A DNA stretch of 46,387 nucleotides from Candidatus Rokuibacteriota bacterium. Lineage in GTDB: Bacteria; Methylomirabilota; Methylomirabilia; Rokubacteriales; CSP1-6. The translations under genes were made by a program, and so were the position numbers. A model generated the notes under the pieces. That model did no database searches, had not been told where the DNA came from, and worked only from the letters and a program-made list of their open reading frames with translations. Below are positions 28,224 through 37,992 of the stretch, piece after piece. Position 1 is the stretch's first letter. Every line of letters starts with the position of its first letter. The stretch covers positions 1 through 46,387 of the forward strand of contig JACPCX010000125.1 of NCBI GenBank assembly GCA_016184305.1, read 5' to 3'.

Positions 28224-29524
28224 ACCCGTATCACGTGATCGAGGCCATCGGCATCGTCGTCTCCGGGCTCCTCTTCTACTCGTACACGCACTCGTGGTTC
28301 CCACCGGTCCATCCCGGGAGCCGCCTCCGCCGGGCGCTGCTCAACGGCGTCGCCTTCGGCGGCATCACGGTCGCCATGATGATCGCGCGCATCGAGGTGG
28401 ACCCGGGGATCTTCATCGACGCGCGGGCGGTGCCGGTGGCCCTCATCGCCCTCTTCGAGGGGTGGCCGGCCGGCCTCGTGGCGGCGCTCGTGGGCGCCGC
28501 CTACCGGCTCTGGCTGGGGGGCAGCGGGGCGTGGCCGGGCGTCGCCTCGCTGATCGGCACGGCGGCGGCGGGCGCGCTCTGCCACGCCTGGGCGCGGCGC
28601 AGCGGAAGAACCGGACCGCAGCACGCCCTCAGCCTCGCCGGGCTCACCTTCCTGGTGACCATGCTGGGCTTCTCCCTGCTGGGTGCGCGAGGGCTCGCCC
28701 TCTGGAGCCGGGTGTGGCTCGACTACCTGGTCACTCTGGGCGTCGGCATCGGCATCGTCGCGCGGCTCTTCCACGACGTGACCGAGCAGCACCGCCTGGC
28801 GGCCACCCAGGCGCGCTTCCGCGCCGGGCTCGACGAGGCCACGGACGCGATCCGCATCGTCGACGCCGACACGGGAACGATTCTCGACGTCAACCGGACG
28901 GACTGCGCGCTCTCCGGCTACCCCAGGGAGGAGCTGATCGGCAGGAACGTGCGCGACTTCTGGCCCCGGGATCCGGAGCTCCGGGCCAGGCGCGAGGCGG
29001 CGCGCGCCGAGACGCTGGCTCACGGCTTCAGCCGCGCCTTCGCGGACCCCTACCAGACCCGGTCAGGAGAGATCGTGCCGGTGGACAGCACCCGCCGCAT
29101 GGTCGAGCACCTTGGCCGGCACTACGAGATCGCGATCTTCCGGCGCGCCGGGGAGCGCCTGGCCGCCGAGACGGTCCAGCGGGAAGCCGCCGAGCTCCGC
29201 GCGGCGACCCTCCTGGCGCGCGCCGCCTCGCATGAGATCAGCAACCCCCTGGCCGTCATCATGGGCTATCTGCAGATCATGGCCGAGCGGCCGGGAGAGG
29301 GCGCCAAGGACATCACGTGGCTCACCCGCATGCTCGATGCCGCGAAGCGGATCCGCGACTCGGTGGAGCGGCTCAACGGCATCATCCGGATCGAGCCGAC
29401 AGAGGCCGGCGGCGAGGTCCCCCCGATCCTGGACACCCGCAAGTCGGGCGCCCCCGAGCCGGGCCCGGCCCCAAGCTCCGCTCCCACTCCGTCGGTGCCT
29501 CCGCCCGGCTCCACGGGCCAGTGA
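28220..29524 (+). CDS. Membrane sensor: LytS/YhcK-type 5TM domain, PAS and HisKA, with no HATPase domain
   Basis: DPGIFIDARAV, YRLWLGG.G; PAS (DVN...LSGY.REELIG); H-box HEISNPLAVIMG; ends with a Pro-rich tail. Confidence 0.8.
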   Translation: MNPYHVIEAIGIVVSGLLFYSYTHSWFPPVHPGSRLRRALLNGVAFGGITVAMMIARIEVDPGIFIDARAVPVALIALFEGWPAGLVAALVGAAYRLWLGGSGAWPGVASLIGTAAAGALCHAWARRSGRTGPQHALSLAGLTFLVTMLGFSLLGARGLALWSRVWLDYLVTLGVGIGIVARLFHDVTEQHRLAATQARFRAGLDEATDAIRIVDADTGTILDVNRTDCALSGYPREELIGRNVRDFWPRDPELRARREAARAETLAHGFSRAFADPYQTRSGEIVPVDSTRRMVEHLGRHYEIAIFRRAGERLAAETVQREAAELRAATLLARAASHEISNPLAVIMGYLQIMAERPGEGAKDITWLTRMLDAAKRIRDSVERLNGIIRIEPTEAGGEVPPILDTRKSGAPEPGPAPSSAPTPSVPPPGSTGQ

Positions 29525-30690
29525 CCCGGCCCCTGTTCTACGGCTGGGTGGTCGTCGGAGGGGCCTTCGTCGTCCTCTTCCTCGCCTACGGCGCGCAGTA
29601 CGCATTCGGCGTGTTCTTCGCGGCGCTCCTCGACGAGTTCGGCTGGAGCCGCGCGAGCCTGGCCGGCGCCTTCTCGCTCTACGCCTTCACCTATAGCGGT
29701 TGCGGCGTCCTCGCCGGCCGGCTCACCGACCGGCTGGGGCCGCGCGTGGTGATCGCGCTGGGCGGAGGCTTCCTCGGGCTCGGCCTCATGGCGATGAGCC
29801 AGGTGACCGCGCTCTGGCAGCCTTTCGTCCTCTACGGCGGCGTGGCGGCGCTGGGCATGTCCACGGCTTATGTTCCCTGCACCGCCACCATCGTGCGCTG
29901 GTTCGTCGAGCGGCGCGGTCTCGCCGTCGGCATCGCCTCGGCCGGCGGCAGCCTCGGCACCTTCGCGCTGCCGCCTGTCGCCCACCTGCTCGTCACCACC
30001 GTGGGCTGGCGCTGGGCCTACATCATCTTCGGCGGCGTCATCCTGGTGGCGCTCAACCTCGTGGCCGTGGTCATGCGCCGCGATCCCGAAGCGCTGGGGC
30101 TCGCCCCTGACGGCAGGCCGCCGGGTGCGCCGACTCCGGGCGGCGGCCGCGCGGCGCGCGGGTACACGGTGAGCGAGGCGGCGCGCACTGGCGCCTTCTG
30201 GATGGTGTGGGCGGTCTTCGCGGCCACCTGGATCCCGGTCTTCGTCCCCCTCGTGCACCTGGTCCCCTTCGCGAGAGACCTCGGCGTGCCGGCCCTCTGG
30301 GCCGCCACGCTCGTGAGCGCGGACCGGATCGGGCGGCGGGGAACGCTGGCCGCCGGGCTCGTGCTCCAGGCCGCCGCATTCGCGGGGTTCTCGGCCGCGT
30401 GGACGCTGCCGGCGCTCTATGCGACGGCCGTGCTCTTCGGCTTCTCGTACGGCACGATCTCCACGCTCTTCCCCGCCCTGGTGTCCGACTTCTTCGGCCG
30501 CGAGCACTCGGGCAGCCTGGTGGGCCTCCTCTTCGCCCTGGCCGCACCGGTGGCAGCCGCCGGTCCCGTCGGCGCCGGCTGGATCTACGACCACACCGGC
30601 AGCTATGGCCTCGCCTGGTGGCTCGCGGCTGGCTGTAACCTCCTGGCCCTCGCCCTGCTCGGCTTCGCGCGGCCACCCGCCACGACATGA
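29521..30690 (+). CDS. MFS transporter (MCT/OFA-like); probable in-frame deletion near 30319
   Basis: FYGWVVV, GRLTDRLGPR, WF..RRGLA.GI, DFFG; part of a transmembrane segment is missing at ATLVS|ADRIGRR. Confidence 0.85.
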   Translation: MTRPLFYGWVVVGGAFVVLFLAYGAQYAFGVFFAALLDEFGWSRASLAGAFSLYAFTYSGCGVLAGRLTDRLGPRVVIALGGGFLGLGLMAMSQVTALWQPFVLYGGVAALGMSTAYVPCTATIVRWFVERRGLAVGIASAGGSLGTFALPPVAHLLVTTVGWRWAYIIFGGVILVALNLVAVVMRRDPEALGLAPDGRPPGAPTPGGGRAARGYTVSEAARTGAFWMVWAVFAATWIPVFVPLVHLVPFARDLGVPALWAATLVSADRIGRRGTLAAGLVLQAAAFAGFSAAWTLPALYATAVLFGFSYGTISTLFPALVSDFFGREHSGSLVGLLFALAAPVAAAGPVGAGWIYDHTGSYGLAWWLAAGCNLLALALLGFARPPATT

Positions 30691-30819
30691 TCTCCTCCCG
30701 CCCACCCACGGCTGACCCAGAAATCTAGCGCAAACGGGGGATTACCTTCACCCCGACCTCCCGCGTATGGTGGCCTCGTCCTCACCGAGACCACGGGCCC
30801 CACCGAATGGAGGAACATC

Positions 30820-31945
30820 ATGGCGCTCAGGGGGCTGGCCCGCGCGCGGGCCCTCTACGAAGGGCGGGACCAGCGGGCCCGCGAGCTCAAAGCGGAAGGG
30901 CGGAAAGTCGTCGGCTACCTCTGCTACTTCGCCCCGCCCGAGATCCTGGAGGCGGCGGGGCTCGTGCCCTACCGCATCCGGGGCGATGTGCGCCATCCGG
31001 TGACCCGGGCCGATGAGTACATCGAGCCCTATGGCTGCCCCTTCGTCAGGAACACCTTCGACCTCGCCGTCACCGGGCGCTACGACTTCCTGGACGGCGT
31101 CGTGATGTCGCATGCCTGCGACAGCGTCCAGCGCATGTACGGGATCTGGACGCATTACAAGCCGACGGCATTCAGCCACATGGTCAATGTCCCCCACACG
31201 GTCACCGAGGCCTCCGAGCGCTTCTACCGCCGGGAGCTCGGCTTCTTCAGAGCGGGTGGAGCAGCTGGCCGGTCGCCCCATCTCGGACGAGGCCCTTCAC
31301 GAGAGCATCGCCTCCTACAACCGCACCCGCGAGCTGACGCGGGAGCTCTACGCGCTCCGCAAGTCCGACCCGCCCCGCCTCTCGGGGGCCGAGATGCTCG
31401 AGGTCCTCATCGCGGGCACGGGGCTCCCGGCGGCCGAGTTCGAGGATCTCCTCCGCGAGGTGCTGGCGGAGGTGAGGGCGCGCGCCGCGGGTCCAGGGGG
31501 GACGCAGGCCCGGCTCCTCTTCTACGGATGCATCAACGACGACGTCTCGCTGATCCGCCTCGTCGAGGAGTGCTCGGCGCACGTGGTGATGGACGACACC
31601 TGCATCGGGGCCCGGGGCATGGCGGGCACGGTGCCCGACGGCGCCGACCCCATGGGCGGGTTCGTCGAGTACTACTTCCGCGGCTTCCAGTGCCCCCGCA
31701 CCTACCGCGGTACCGATCTCTCGCGCTTCGACTACGTCGTGGAGGCGGCGCGGGAGTACGGCGCCCAGGGGGTCATCCTCTACATCCTGTCCTTCTGCGA
31801 CCCCCACAAGTTCGACCTCGTGGAGGTCCGCCGGCACCTCGAGCAGGCGGGCCTCGCGAGCCTCGTCCTCGAGGACGACTACACCCTGGCCAACGTCGAG
31901 TCCATGCGGACCCGCATCCAGGCCTTCGTGGAGATGCTGTCGTGA
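30820..31945 (+). CDS. 2-hydroxyacyl-CoA dehydratase / benzoyl-CoA reductase family subunit; frameshift near 31249
   Basis: KVVGYLC.F.P.EI..AAG, CPFVR, HACD; continues in the second frame ERVEQLAG...DDTCIG.R, CP, FCDPH, ES.RTRIQAFVEM; GGAGG RBS. Confidence 0.85.
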
Positions 31946-31970
31946 GCGGAACGCCGACCCGGAGGACGCC

Positions 31971-33302
31971 ATGACGGAGCTGCGCCGCGCGACCAAGTCG
32001 CTGGACACCGTGCGCCGGGCGAGGGAGATGCTCGGAAGCTATTACAAGCGCGCCGAGGGGCGCCGGGAGGGAGCGCCGCTGGCCTGGTGCATGGCCGGCG
32101 TCCCGTCAGAGCTGCTCCAGGCCTTCGACCTCTCCTCCGAGTGGCCCGAGAACTTCGGCACCCTCTGCGCCTCGCGGGGGGTGGCCGCGGAACTCTGCGA
32201 GCGCGCGGAGGGCGAAGGCTACTCCCAGGACCTCTGCTCCTACGTGCGCAACAGCATCGGCTATGTGAGCCGCCTGCTGGAGCTCGGGCAGGTCCCGCCC
32301 GAAGCCCCGCGCGGCGGCCTGGGGACGGCCACCATGCTCCTGGGCTCGGGCGCCCTCTGCGACCCGCGGATCAAGTGGTTCCAGTCGCTCTCCTCGCAGT
32401 ACCTGCCGCTGCCGGTCTTTCACCTCGACCCCATGAGCCCGCCCCACGACGCGGACGTGGACGACCCGCGCATCGAGGCCCACTACAAGGAGATCCTGAG
32501 CGAGACCCTCCACGAGCAGGTGGCCTTCCTCGAGCGGACGCTGGGCCGCCCGATGGACACGGAGCGCCTCCGCGCGGCCCTCGGCAATGCCCAGGAGATG
32601 ATCGCGCTTCTCTGGGAGATCCAGTCTCTCCGTCGCGCCGTGCCCTGCCCCATGGGCTCGGAGGACTACTTCACGGGCTGTGTGGTCCCGCTCCTCTTCA
32701 TGCTCGGGGAGCGGGATGCCGTGGAGTACTTCCGCTGCCTCCGGGACGAGGTGCGCGACCGCGTGGCCCGGGGAGTCGGCGTGATCCCCGACGAGCGCTT
32801 CCGGCTCCTCTGGATGGGGATCCCGCCCTGGTACAACCTGGGCTTCTTCAACTCGCTGGGCGAGCTGGGGGCCGTCTTCCCCGCGGAGACCTCCTATTAC
32901 GTGGGGGCCCCCGTGGAGATCGACCTCTCGGATCCGCTCGAGGCTCTGGTGGACCGGACCTGGAAGCGGGCGGTGTGGATCACCCGGTGGGGCGCCGAGG
33001 TGATCCCCGAGAACCTGAGCCCCTCGGGCCTCTCGCAGCCGGGGACCAGGCTGATCCGCCAGTGGGTGCACGACTACCGCCTCGACGGAGCCGTCATGCA
33101 CCGCACACGCTCCTGCCGCGCCGTGAGCTGGGGGCAGATTCACATCAAGAACCAGCTCGAGGAGGAGGGCATCCCCTCGCTGATCTTCGAGAGCGACATG
33201 GCCGACCCGCGGAGCTGGGCCGACACCGTCATCATGGGGCAGATCCAGGGCTTCCTCGAGGCCATCGCCGCGGGCCGGCGGGAGCGCGCCCGGGCATCGT
33301 GA
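31971..33302 (+). CDS. 2-hydroxyacyl-CoA dehydratase / benzoyl-CoA reductase family second subunit
   Basis: PENFG..C, AE.EGYSQDLCSY, CD...KWF, RLLW.GIPPW, DG.V.H..RSCR, ESDMADPR. Confidence 0.88.
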   Translation: MTELRRATKSLDTVRRAREMLGSYYKRAEGRREGAPLAWCMAGVPSELLQAFDLSSEWPENFGTLCASRGVAAELCERAEGEGYSQDLCSYVRNSIGYVSRLLELGQVPPEAPRGGLGTATMLLGSGALCDPRIKWFQSLSSQYLPLPVFHLDPMSPPHDADVDDPRIEAHYKEILSETLHEQVAFLERTLGRPMDTERLRAALGNAQEMIALLWEIQSLRRAVPCPMGSEDYFTGCVVPLLFMLGERDAVEYFRCLRDEVRDRVARGVGVIPDERFRLLWMGIPPWYNLGFFNSLGELGAVFPAETSYYVGAPVEIDLSDPLEALVDRTWKRAVWITRWGAEVIPENLSPSGLSQPGTRLIRQWVHDYRLDGAVMHRTRSCRAVSWGQIHIKNQLEEEGIPSLIFESDMADPRSWADTVIMGQIQGFLEAIAAGRRERARAS

Positions 33303-35032
33303 GCGCCCCGGCCGGTCTCTGCGTCGCCGGGGTGGACGTGGGCTCCACCTTGACCAAGGTGGTGGTCCACAACGGCGACTTCCTCGCCTCGGTGATCGAC
33401 CGCACCCAGGTGGACTATGTCGGGGCGGCCCGACGGCTCCTGGCCGAGGCGCTCGGGCGCGCGGGGCGCTCGCCGGACGACCTCGCCTGCGTCGTGGCCA
33501 CGGGCTACGGCCGGCGGCGGCTCCCCTTCGCCAGCCGCGAGATCACCGAGATCACCTGCCACGCCCGCGGGGTCCGCGAGCTCTTCCCTGCAGCCCGGAC
33601 CGTCATCGACATCGGCGGCCAGGACGCCAAGGGGATCAAGCTCGGCCCGCAGGGCAAGGTCGTGAACTTCGCCATGAACGACAAGTGCGCGGCCGGCACC
33701 GGGCGCTTTCTGGAAGTGATGGCGGCCTCGCTGGGCCTGCCCCTCGACGAGCTGGGGACGCGGGGCCTCGGCGCGGGCTCGCCGGCGAGCGTGTCGAGCA
33801 TCTGCACGGTCTTCGCGGAGCAGGAGGTGGCGCAGCACCTGGCCGCGGGCGTCCCCGTCGAGGATGTCCTGGCAGGGCTACACGCGGCGCTGGCGAGCCG
33901 GATTGTCGTCATGGTCCGCCGGCTCGGGATCGAGCAACAGGTCATCCTTACCGGAGGCTGCGCCCGCAACCCGGCCCTGGTCCGCGCCCTCGATGAGCGC
34001 CTCGGGACCCCGGTGGTCACCCCGCCCGAGCCCATGTTCACGGGCGCCCTCGGTGCCGCGCTCCTGGCCCGCGAGGCCGTCGAGCGAGGCGAGGTGCCGG
34101 CCGGGCGCTTCAGCCTCGCCCCGGGCAGGGGGAGCGTGACCGTCGCGGTGGCGCTGGCCCCGGACGCGGGGTCCTCACTGCCGATTTCGCTCACCCGTGC
34201 GCGCCCGCGCCCCCAGGCCTTCGGCGGCGACTTCCGGCTCCCCGGAGCCGCGATCGCCGCCGCCGCCGCGCCCACGGCGGGGGTGGACGTGGGAGCGCTC
34301 TTCACCAAGGCGGCGGTGCTGCTCGACACCCGGGTCGCCTTCGCGGTGTTCCCCTCGGAGGGAAGCTACACCTCCGCCGGAGAGCAGGCGCTCGGGCGCG
34401 CGCTCGACCCGCTCGGGCTCGGCCGCGGCGATCTCGCGGGGCTTGTCGCCACCGGGCTCGGCGCCGCCTCCCTCCACGGGGCAAGGGCGCTGAGCGAGGT
34501 CTCCTGTCTCGCGCGGGGCATGGCGCTCCTCTGTCCCGAGGCGGGCCAGGTCATCGACATCGGCGCCCACGGGACGAGGGTGATCCGCCTGGCCGCACCG
34601 GGCATCGTCAGGGACTTCTCCGTGAGCGGCCAGTGCGCCGCGGGCAGCGCCAGGATCCTCGAGGTCATCGCTCACCTCCTGGGACTCGAGGTGGCCGAGC
34701 TGGGCGCGCTCTCGCTCCGCGCGACCCGGCCCGCCGACTACTCGGCGGGCTGCGCCGTCTTCGCCGAGACCGAGGCCATCTCGCTCCTCACGCGCGGGGT
34801 CTCGCGCGAAGACCTCCTGGCCGGCCTCCATCAGTCGCTGGCCCAGAAGATCGCGGCTCTGGCCCGGGGCCGTGCCGCGGCGGGGGCATGCGCCGTGGCG
34901 GGGGGCGGGGCGAAGGACGAGGGGCTGCTGGCCCGGCTCGAGGCGAGCCTCGGGCCGCTCCTGCGACCCCCCGAGCCCATGGTCGTGGCCGCCCTCGGCG
35001 GGGCGCTCCTCGCTGCCGACGGAGTGTCGTGA
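33299..35032 (+). CDS. Fused two-domain ASKHA ATPase activator (HgdC/BcrAD-like)
   Basis: Domain 1: GVDVGSTLTK, ATGYGR, IDIGGQDAK, MNDKCAAGTGRF, SICTVFAE; domain 2: GVDVGALFTK, IDIGAHG, QCAAGSAR, AGCAVFAE; GTG overlaps the upstream stop. Confidence 0.9.
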   Translation: MSAPAGLCVAGVDVGSTLTKVVVHNGDFLASVIDRTQVDYVGAARRLLAEALGRAGRSPDDLACVVATGYGRRRLPFASREITEITCHARGVRELFPAARTVIDIGGQDAKGIKLGPQGKVVNFAMNDKCAAGTGRFLEVMAASLGLPLDELGTRGLGAGSPASVSSICTVFAEQEVAQHLAAGVPVEDVLAGLHAALASRIVVMVRRLGIEQQVILTGGCARNPALVRALDERLGTPVVTPPEPMFTGALGAALLAREAVERGEVPAGRFSLAPGRGSVTVAVALAPDAGSSLPISLTRARPRPQAFGGDFRLPGAAIAAAAAPTAGVDVGALFTKAAVLLDTRVAFAVFPSEGSYTSAGEQALGRALDPLGLGRGDLAGLVATGLGAASLHGARALSEVSCLARGMALLCPEAGQVIDIGAHGTRVIRLAAPGIVRDFSVSGQCAAGSARILEVIAHLLGLEVAELGALSLRATRPADYSAGCAVFAETEAISLLTRGVSREDLLAGLHQSLAQKIAALARGRAAAGACAVAGGGAKDEGLLARLEASLGPLLRPPEPMVVAALGGALLAADGVS

Positions 35033-35033
35033 C

Positions 35034-36746
35034 GTGGGCGATTACCCGCCGCTCACCCTCACCTTCCCCGACATGCGGGACTGGGTCTTCCCGCGCATTC
35101 TCGAGATCCGCGCGCGGATGCACGGGGACCGCCCCTTCATCCAGGCCCTCGGGGGCGCGGCGCTCACCTACGCCGAGGCCGACCGCCTCGTCAATCGGCT
35201 CGCCCACGGGCTCGCGGCCCAGGGCGTCGGCCCGGGCGACCGCGTGCTCGTCATGCTCCCCAACTGCGTGGAGTTCATGCTGGTCTGGTGGGCGATCAAC
35301 CGCCTCGGAGCCGTCGAGGTCTCGGTCAACAACGCCTACAAGGGGTACTTCCTCGAGCACCTGGTGTCCAACTCCGGCGGGCGGCTCCTCGTGGCCGCCG
35401 CCGAGTTCCTCGATCGCCTCGCGGCCGTCGAGGACAGCTGCCCGGACCTCGAGACGGTGGTCGCGTGGGGGCCGCCGGGCGCGGCGCCGGCGCCCCGGCC
35501 TCGGTTCAAGCGGCTCCGCACCGTCGCCTTCGAGGAGCTGCCGGCGCGCCGCGATGACCCGCCGGACGTCGAGGTGAGCCACCGCGACCTCTGCGCCATC
35601 ATGTACACCTCGGGGACCACGGGCCCCTCCAAGGGCGTCATGCTGCCCCACGCCCACTGCACCCTCTTCTGCGAGGCCACGGCGAACCTCACCCGCTTCA
35701 CGCAGGACGACACCTACCTCGTCGCCACGCCGCTCTACCACGGCAACGCTCCCATCATGCAGGTCTACCCCGCGCTCCTCCGCGGCGGGCGGGCGGTGAT
35801 CTGCCCGCGCTTCAGCGCCAGCGAGTGGGTGGACCAGGTGCGCGCCTCCGGCGCCACCGTGACGAACCTCCTGGGCGTGATGATGGACTTCATCTTCCGC
35901 CAGTCGCCCCGCGAGGGCGACCGCGACCACGGCCTGCGTGTGGTCCTGGGCCAGCCCGCGCCCGCCGCCATCGTCGAGGACTTCAAGCGCCGGTTCGGGA
36001 TCGGCCGTGTCCTCGAGTACTACGGGATGACCGAGATCGGCGTCGTGACCATGATGCCGTGGGACGCGGTGCGCCCGGGCTCGTGCGGGACGGCGGTGTC
36101 GGAGTGGTACGAGCTGCGGGTCGCCGATCCCGAGACCGACGAGGAGCTGGCGCCGGGCCAGGTCGGGGAATTGCTGGTGCGGCCCCGGGCACCCTGGGCC
36201 TTCAGCCAGGGATACTGGCGAATGCCCGACAAGACGCTCGAGGCGCTCCGGAACGTCTGGTACCACACGGGGGACGCCCTCAAGCGCGACGCCGACGGCT
36301 ACTACTACTTCGTGGACCGCATGCGGGACGTCATCCGCCGCCGCGCCGTGAACATCTCCTCCTACGACGTCGAGAAGGTGGTGGCCGACCACCCGGCCGT
36401 GGCGGAGTGCGCCGCCGTGGGAGTGCCCTCCGAGTTCGTCGGGGGCGAGGACGAGATCAAGCTCTGCGTGGTGCTCCGCGAGGGGGTCCGCTTCGTGCCC
36501 GAGGAGTTCCTGGCCTGGGGCGAGCAGCGGCTCCCGCACTTCGCCGTCCCACGCTACCTGGAAGTCATCCCCGAGCTGCCGCGTACACCCAGCAACAAGC
36601 TGCAGAAGTACCTGCTGCGCCAGCGGGGCGTGACGGCGACGACCTGGGACCGCGTGGCCGCCGGGTACCGGCTCCAGGAGGAGATCCGGCGCGCCGAGCG
36701 CAAGCGCGGGCCCTCGGGGAGCGCCCTCGCCCCGCCCCCCGCCTAG
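35034..36746 (+). CDS. AMP-dependent acyl-CoA ligase (CaiC-like)
   Basis: YTSGTTGPSKG, YGMTE, GELLVR, WYHTGD, DR..D.IRR, LPRT...KLQK. Confidence 0.92.
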   Translation: MGDYPPLTLTFPDMRDWVFPRILEIRARMHGDRPFIQALGGAALTYAEADRLVNRLAHGLAAQGVGPGDRVLVMLPNCVEFMLVWWAINRLGAVEVSVNNAYKGYFLEHLVSNSGGRLLVAAAEFLDRLAAVEDSCPDLETVVAWGPPGAAPAPRPRFKRLRTVAFEELPARRDDPPDVEVSHRDLCAIMYTSGTTGPSKGVMLPHAHCTLFCEATANLTRFTQDDTYLVATPLYHGNAPIMQVYPALLRGGRAVICPRFSASEWVDQVRASGATVTNLLGVMMDFIFRQSPREGDRDHGLRVVLGQPAPAAIVEDFKRRFGIGRVLEYYGMTEIGVVTMMPWDAVRPGSCGTAVSEWYELRVADPETDEELAPGQVGELLVRPRAPWAFSQGYWRMPDKTLEALRNVWYHTGDALKRDADGYYYFVDRMRDVIRRRAVNISSYDVEKVVADHPAVAECAAVGVPSEFVGGEDEIKLCVVLREGVRFVPEEFLAWGEQRLPHFAVPRYLEVIPELPRTPSNKLQKYLLRQRGVTATTWDRVAAGYRLQEEIRRAERKRGPSGSALAPPPA

Positions 36747-36752
36747 CCTCCC

Positions 36753-36873
36753 TCAGCCGCGGATCAGGCGCGCCACGGTGTCGTCGAAGGCCGTGTCGGC
36801 CAGCGCGCGCACCTCCTCCCGCGCCAGGGTCTGGATGGGATGCAGTGGCGATCTCCTTGAAGACCGCGCGCAT
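36753..36873 (-). pseudogene. Remnant of a small gene with an internal frameshifting deletion near 36843 (possibly UGSC-family-like)
   Basis: ATG 36873 gives MRAVFKEIA; another frame gives LHPIQTLAREEVRALADTAFDDTVARLIRG* with host-like codons; family assignment from memory only. Confidence 0.4.
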
Positions 36874-36877
36874 CCTC

Positions 36878-37567
36878 TCACGGCCGGCAGACGCGGAACT
36901 GCGCGTAGTCCCCCTGGGCGCTGCTCTTCGTGTCGTCCGAGTCGGTCAGCACCGCGATCCCCACGGGCACCGGGATCTCCGTCTCCTTGAAGAGCGCGCG
37001 ATAGTCTCCCAGGACGTTGACGCGCTCCTCGGCCCACTCCCCCTTGCGCTCGGTGCCGCTCCGCAGCACGCGGACCTGGGTGAGCCCGCGGCTCGAGCTG
37101 AGGTGCTGGCCCGCGGGCACGACCGCGCTCCAGACGTACTTCAGCGACTTGACGGAGAAGGTCGTGTGGGGAAAGACGGCGTAGACGGCCAGCGCGCTGT
37201 CGTTCGTCTGGGCCGCGCGCTCGTCGGCGCCCGCCGGGAAGAGGAGCGGTCGCCACTGCCACGACAGGACCGGGTGGGCGGTGAGATCCCACTCGAAGGG
37301 CCGCGCGGCCTGGATGCCGAGCCCGCGGGAGACGGCCCGCAGGAAGCGCAGGGCGCGCTCCTCCAGCACGGTATAGACCTCCCGCCCGGCGTCCTTGCGC
37401 GGCTTCCACTCGGCGGGGAACGCGCCGACCTTGGCTCTGGAGAAATCGTCTATGGCGACGCAGTCGCCCGCCCAGGAGCCGCCCACAAAACCGAGGGCCC
37501 CCGCGAGCACGACCAGCGCGACAGCGGTGCGAGCGAGACCCACAGGTCTGTCCACGAGGATGTTCAC
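36878..37567 (-). CDS. DUF3047-domain exported protein
   Basis: Signal peptide; P.LSW.W, GADE...NDSA..VY.VF, LKYVWS, W..E.VNV..DY..LF, GIAVLTDSDDT. Confidence 0.85.
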   Translation of the reverse strand: MNILVDRPVGLARTAVALVVLAGALGFVGGSWAGDCVAIDDFSRAKVGAFPAEWKPRKDAGREVYTVLEERALRFLRAVSRGLGIQAARPFEWDLTAHPVLSWQWRPLLFPAGADERAAQTNDSALAVYAVFPHTTFSVKSLKYVWSAVVPAGQHLSSSRGLTQVRVLRSGTERKGEWAEERVNVLGDYRALFKETEIPVPVGIAVLTDSDDTKSSAQGDYAQFRVCRP

Positions 37568-37824
37568 GCCCGCCTGTCCAGCCGTTTGAGGCGGCGCTCG
37601 TTCTCGGCTCGCAGCCGTCGGACGAGGAGCGCGCTGCTCCCGCGGCGCCCGGCGGTCGTCCAGGCACCCGCAGCCGCGCGCAGCGCTTCGAGCTGCCTCT
37701 GTCGCCGCAGCTCCCGCTCGGCCGCCTCCGCCAGGAGTTCGTTCCGCTGCCGCTTTCCCACGATCCGATCGATCTCGGCCACCAGCTCCTGAGCGATCAC
37801 CACGTGCGCGCGTCGAGTGCTCAT
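37564..37824 (-). CDS. Ribbon-helix-helix (CopG/antitoxin-like) small protein
   Basis: RAHVVI..ELV.EID..VG.R.R..LL.EA.EREL pattern, AAGAW; GAGGAGG RBS. Confidence 0.7.
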   Translation of the reverse strand: MSTRRAHVVIAQELVAEIDRIVGKRQRNELLAEAAERELRRQRQLEALRAAAGAWTTAGRRGSSALLVRRLRAENERRLKRLDRRA

Positions 37825-37992
37825 GGCATCCCTCCTCTGGCGAGAGCCCATGCGGTGTTAACACGCTGTGTGCATGGCAGGCTACGGGGGGCCCACGACA
37901 TGGGGCCGCCGGGTCGGCGCAGACGCCGGACGGGACCGCGGGACACCGAGCCGGGGACACCGAGCCGGGGAGGAGACCGCGCGCCGAAGGGC

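Noticed and set aside
25476..28304. Long antisense and alternate-frame ORFs (also 37804-40890, 19962-22328, 9497-11413)
   Set aside because: Shadow ORFs expected in high-GC DNA opposite well-supported genes; no recognisable motifs
31240..31260. Programmed ribosomal frameshift in the dehydratase subunit
   Set aside because: No slippery heptamer at TTCTTCAGAG, and similar lesions occur throughout the window
37940..37967. Tandem 14-bp repeat GGGACACCGAGCCG x2
   Set aside because: Only two copies in an intergenic GC-rich stretch; no evidence of function
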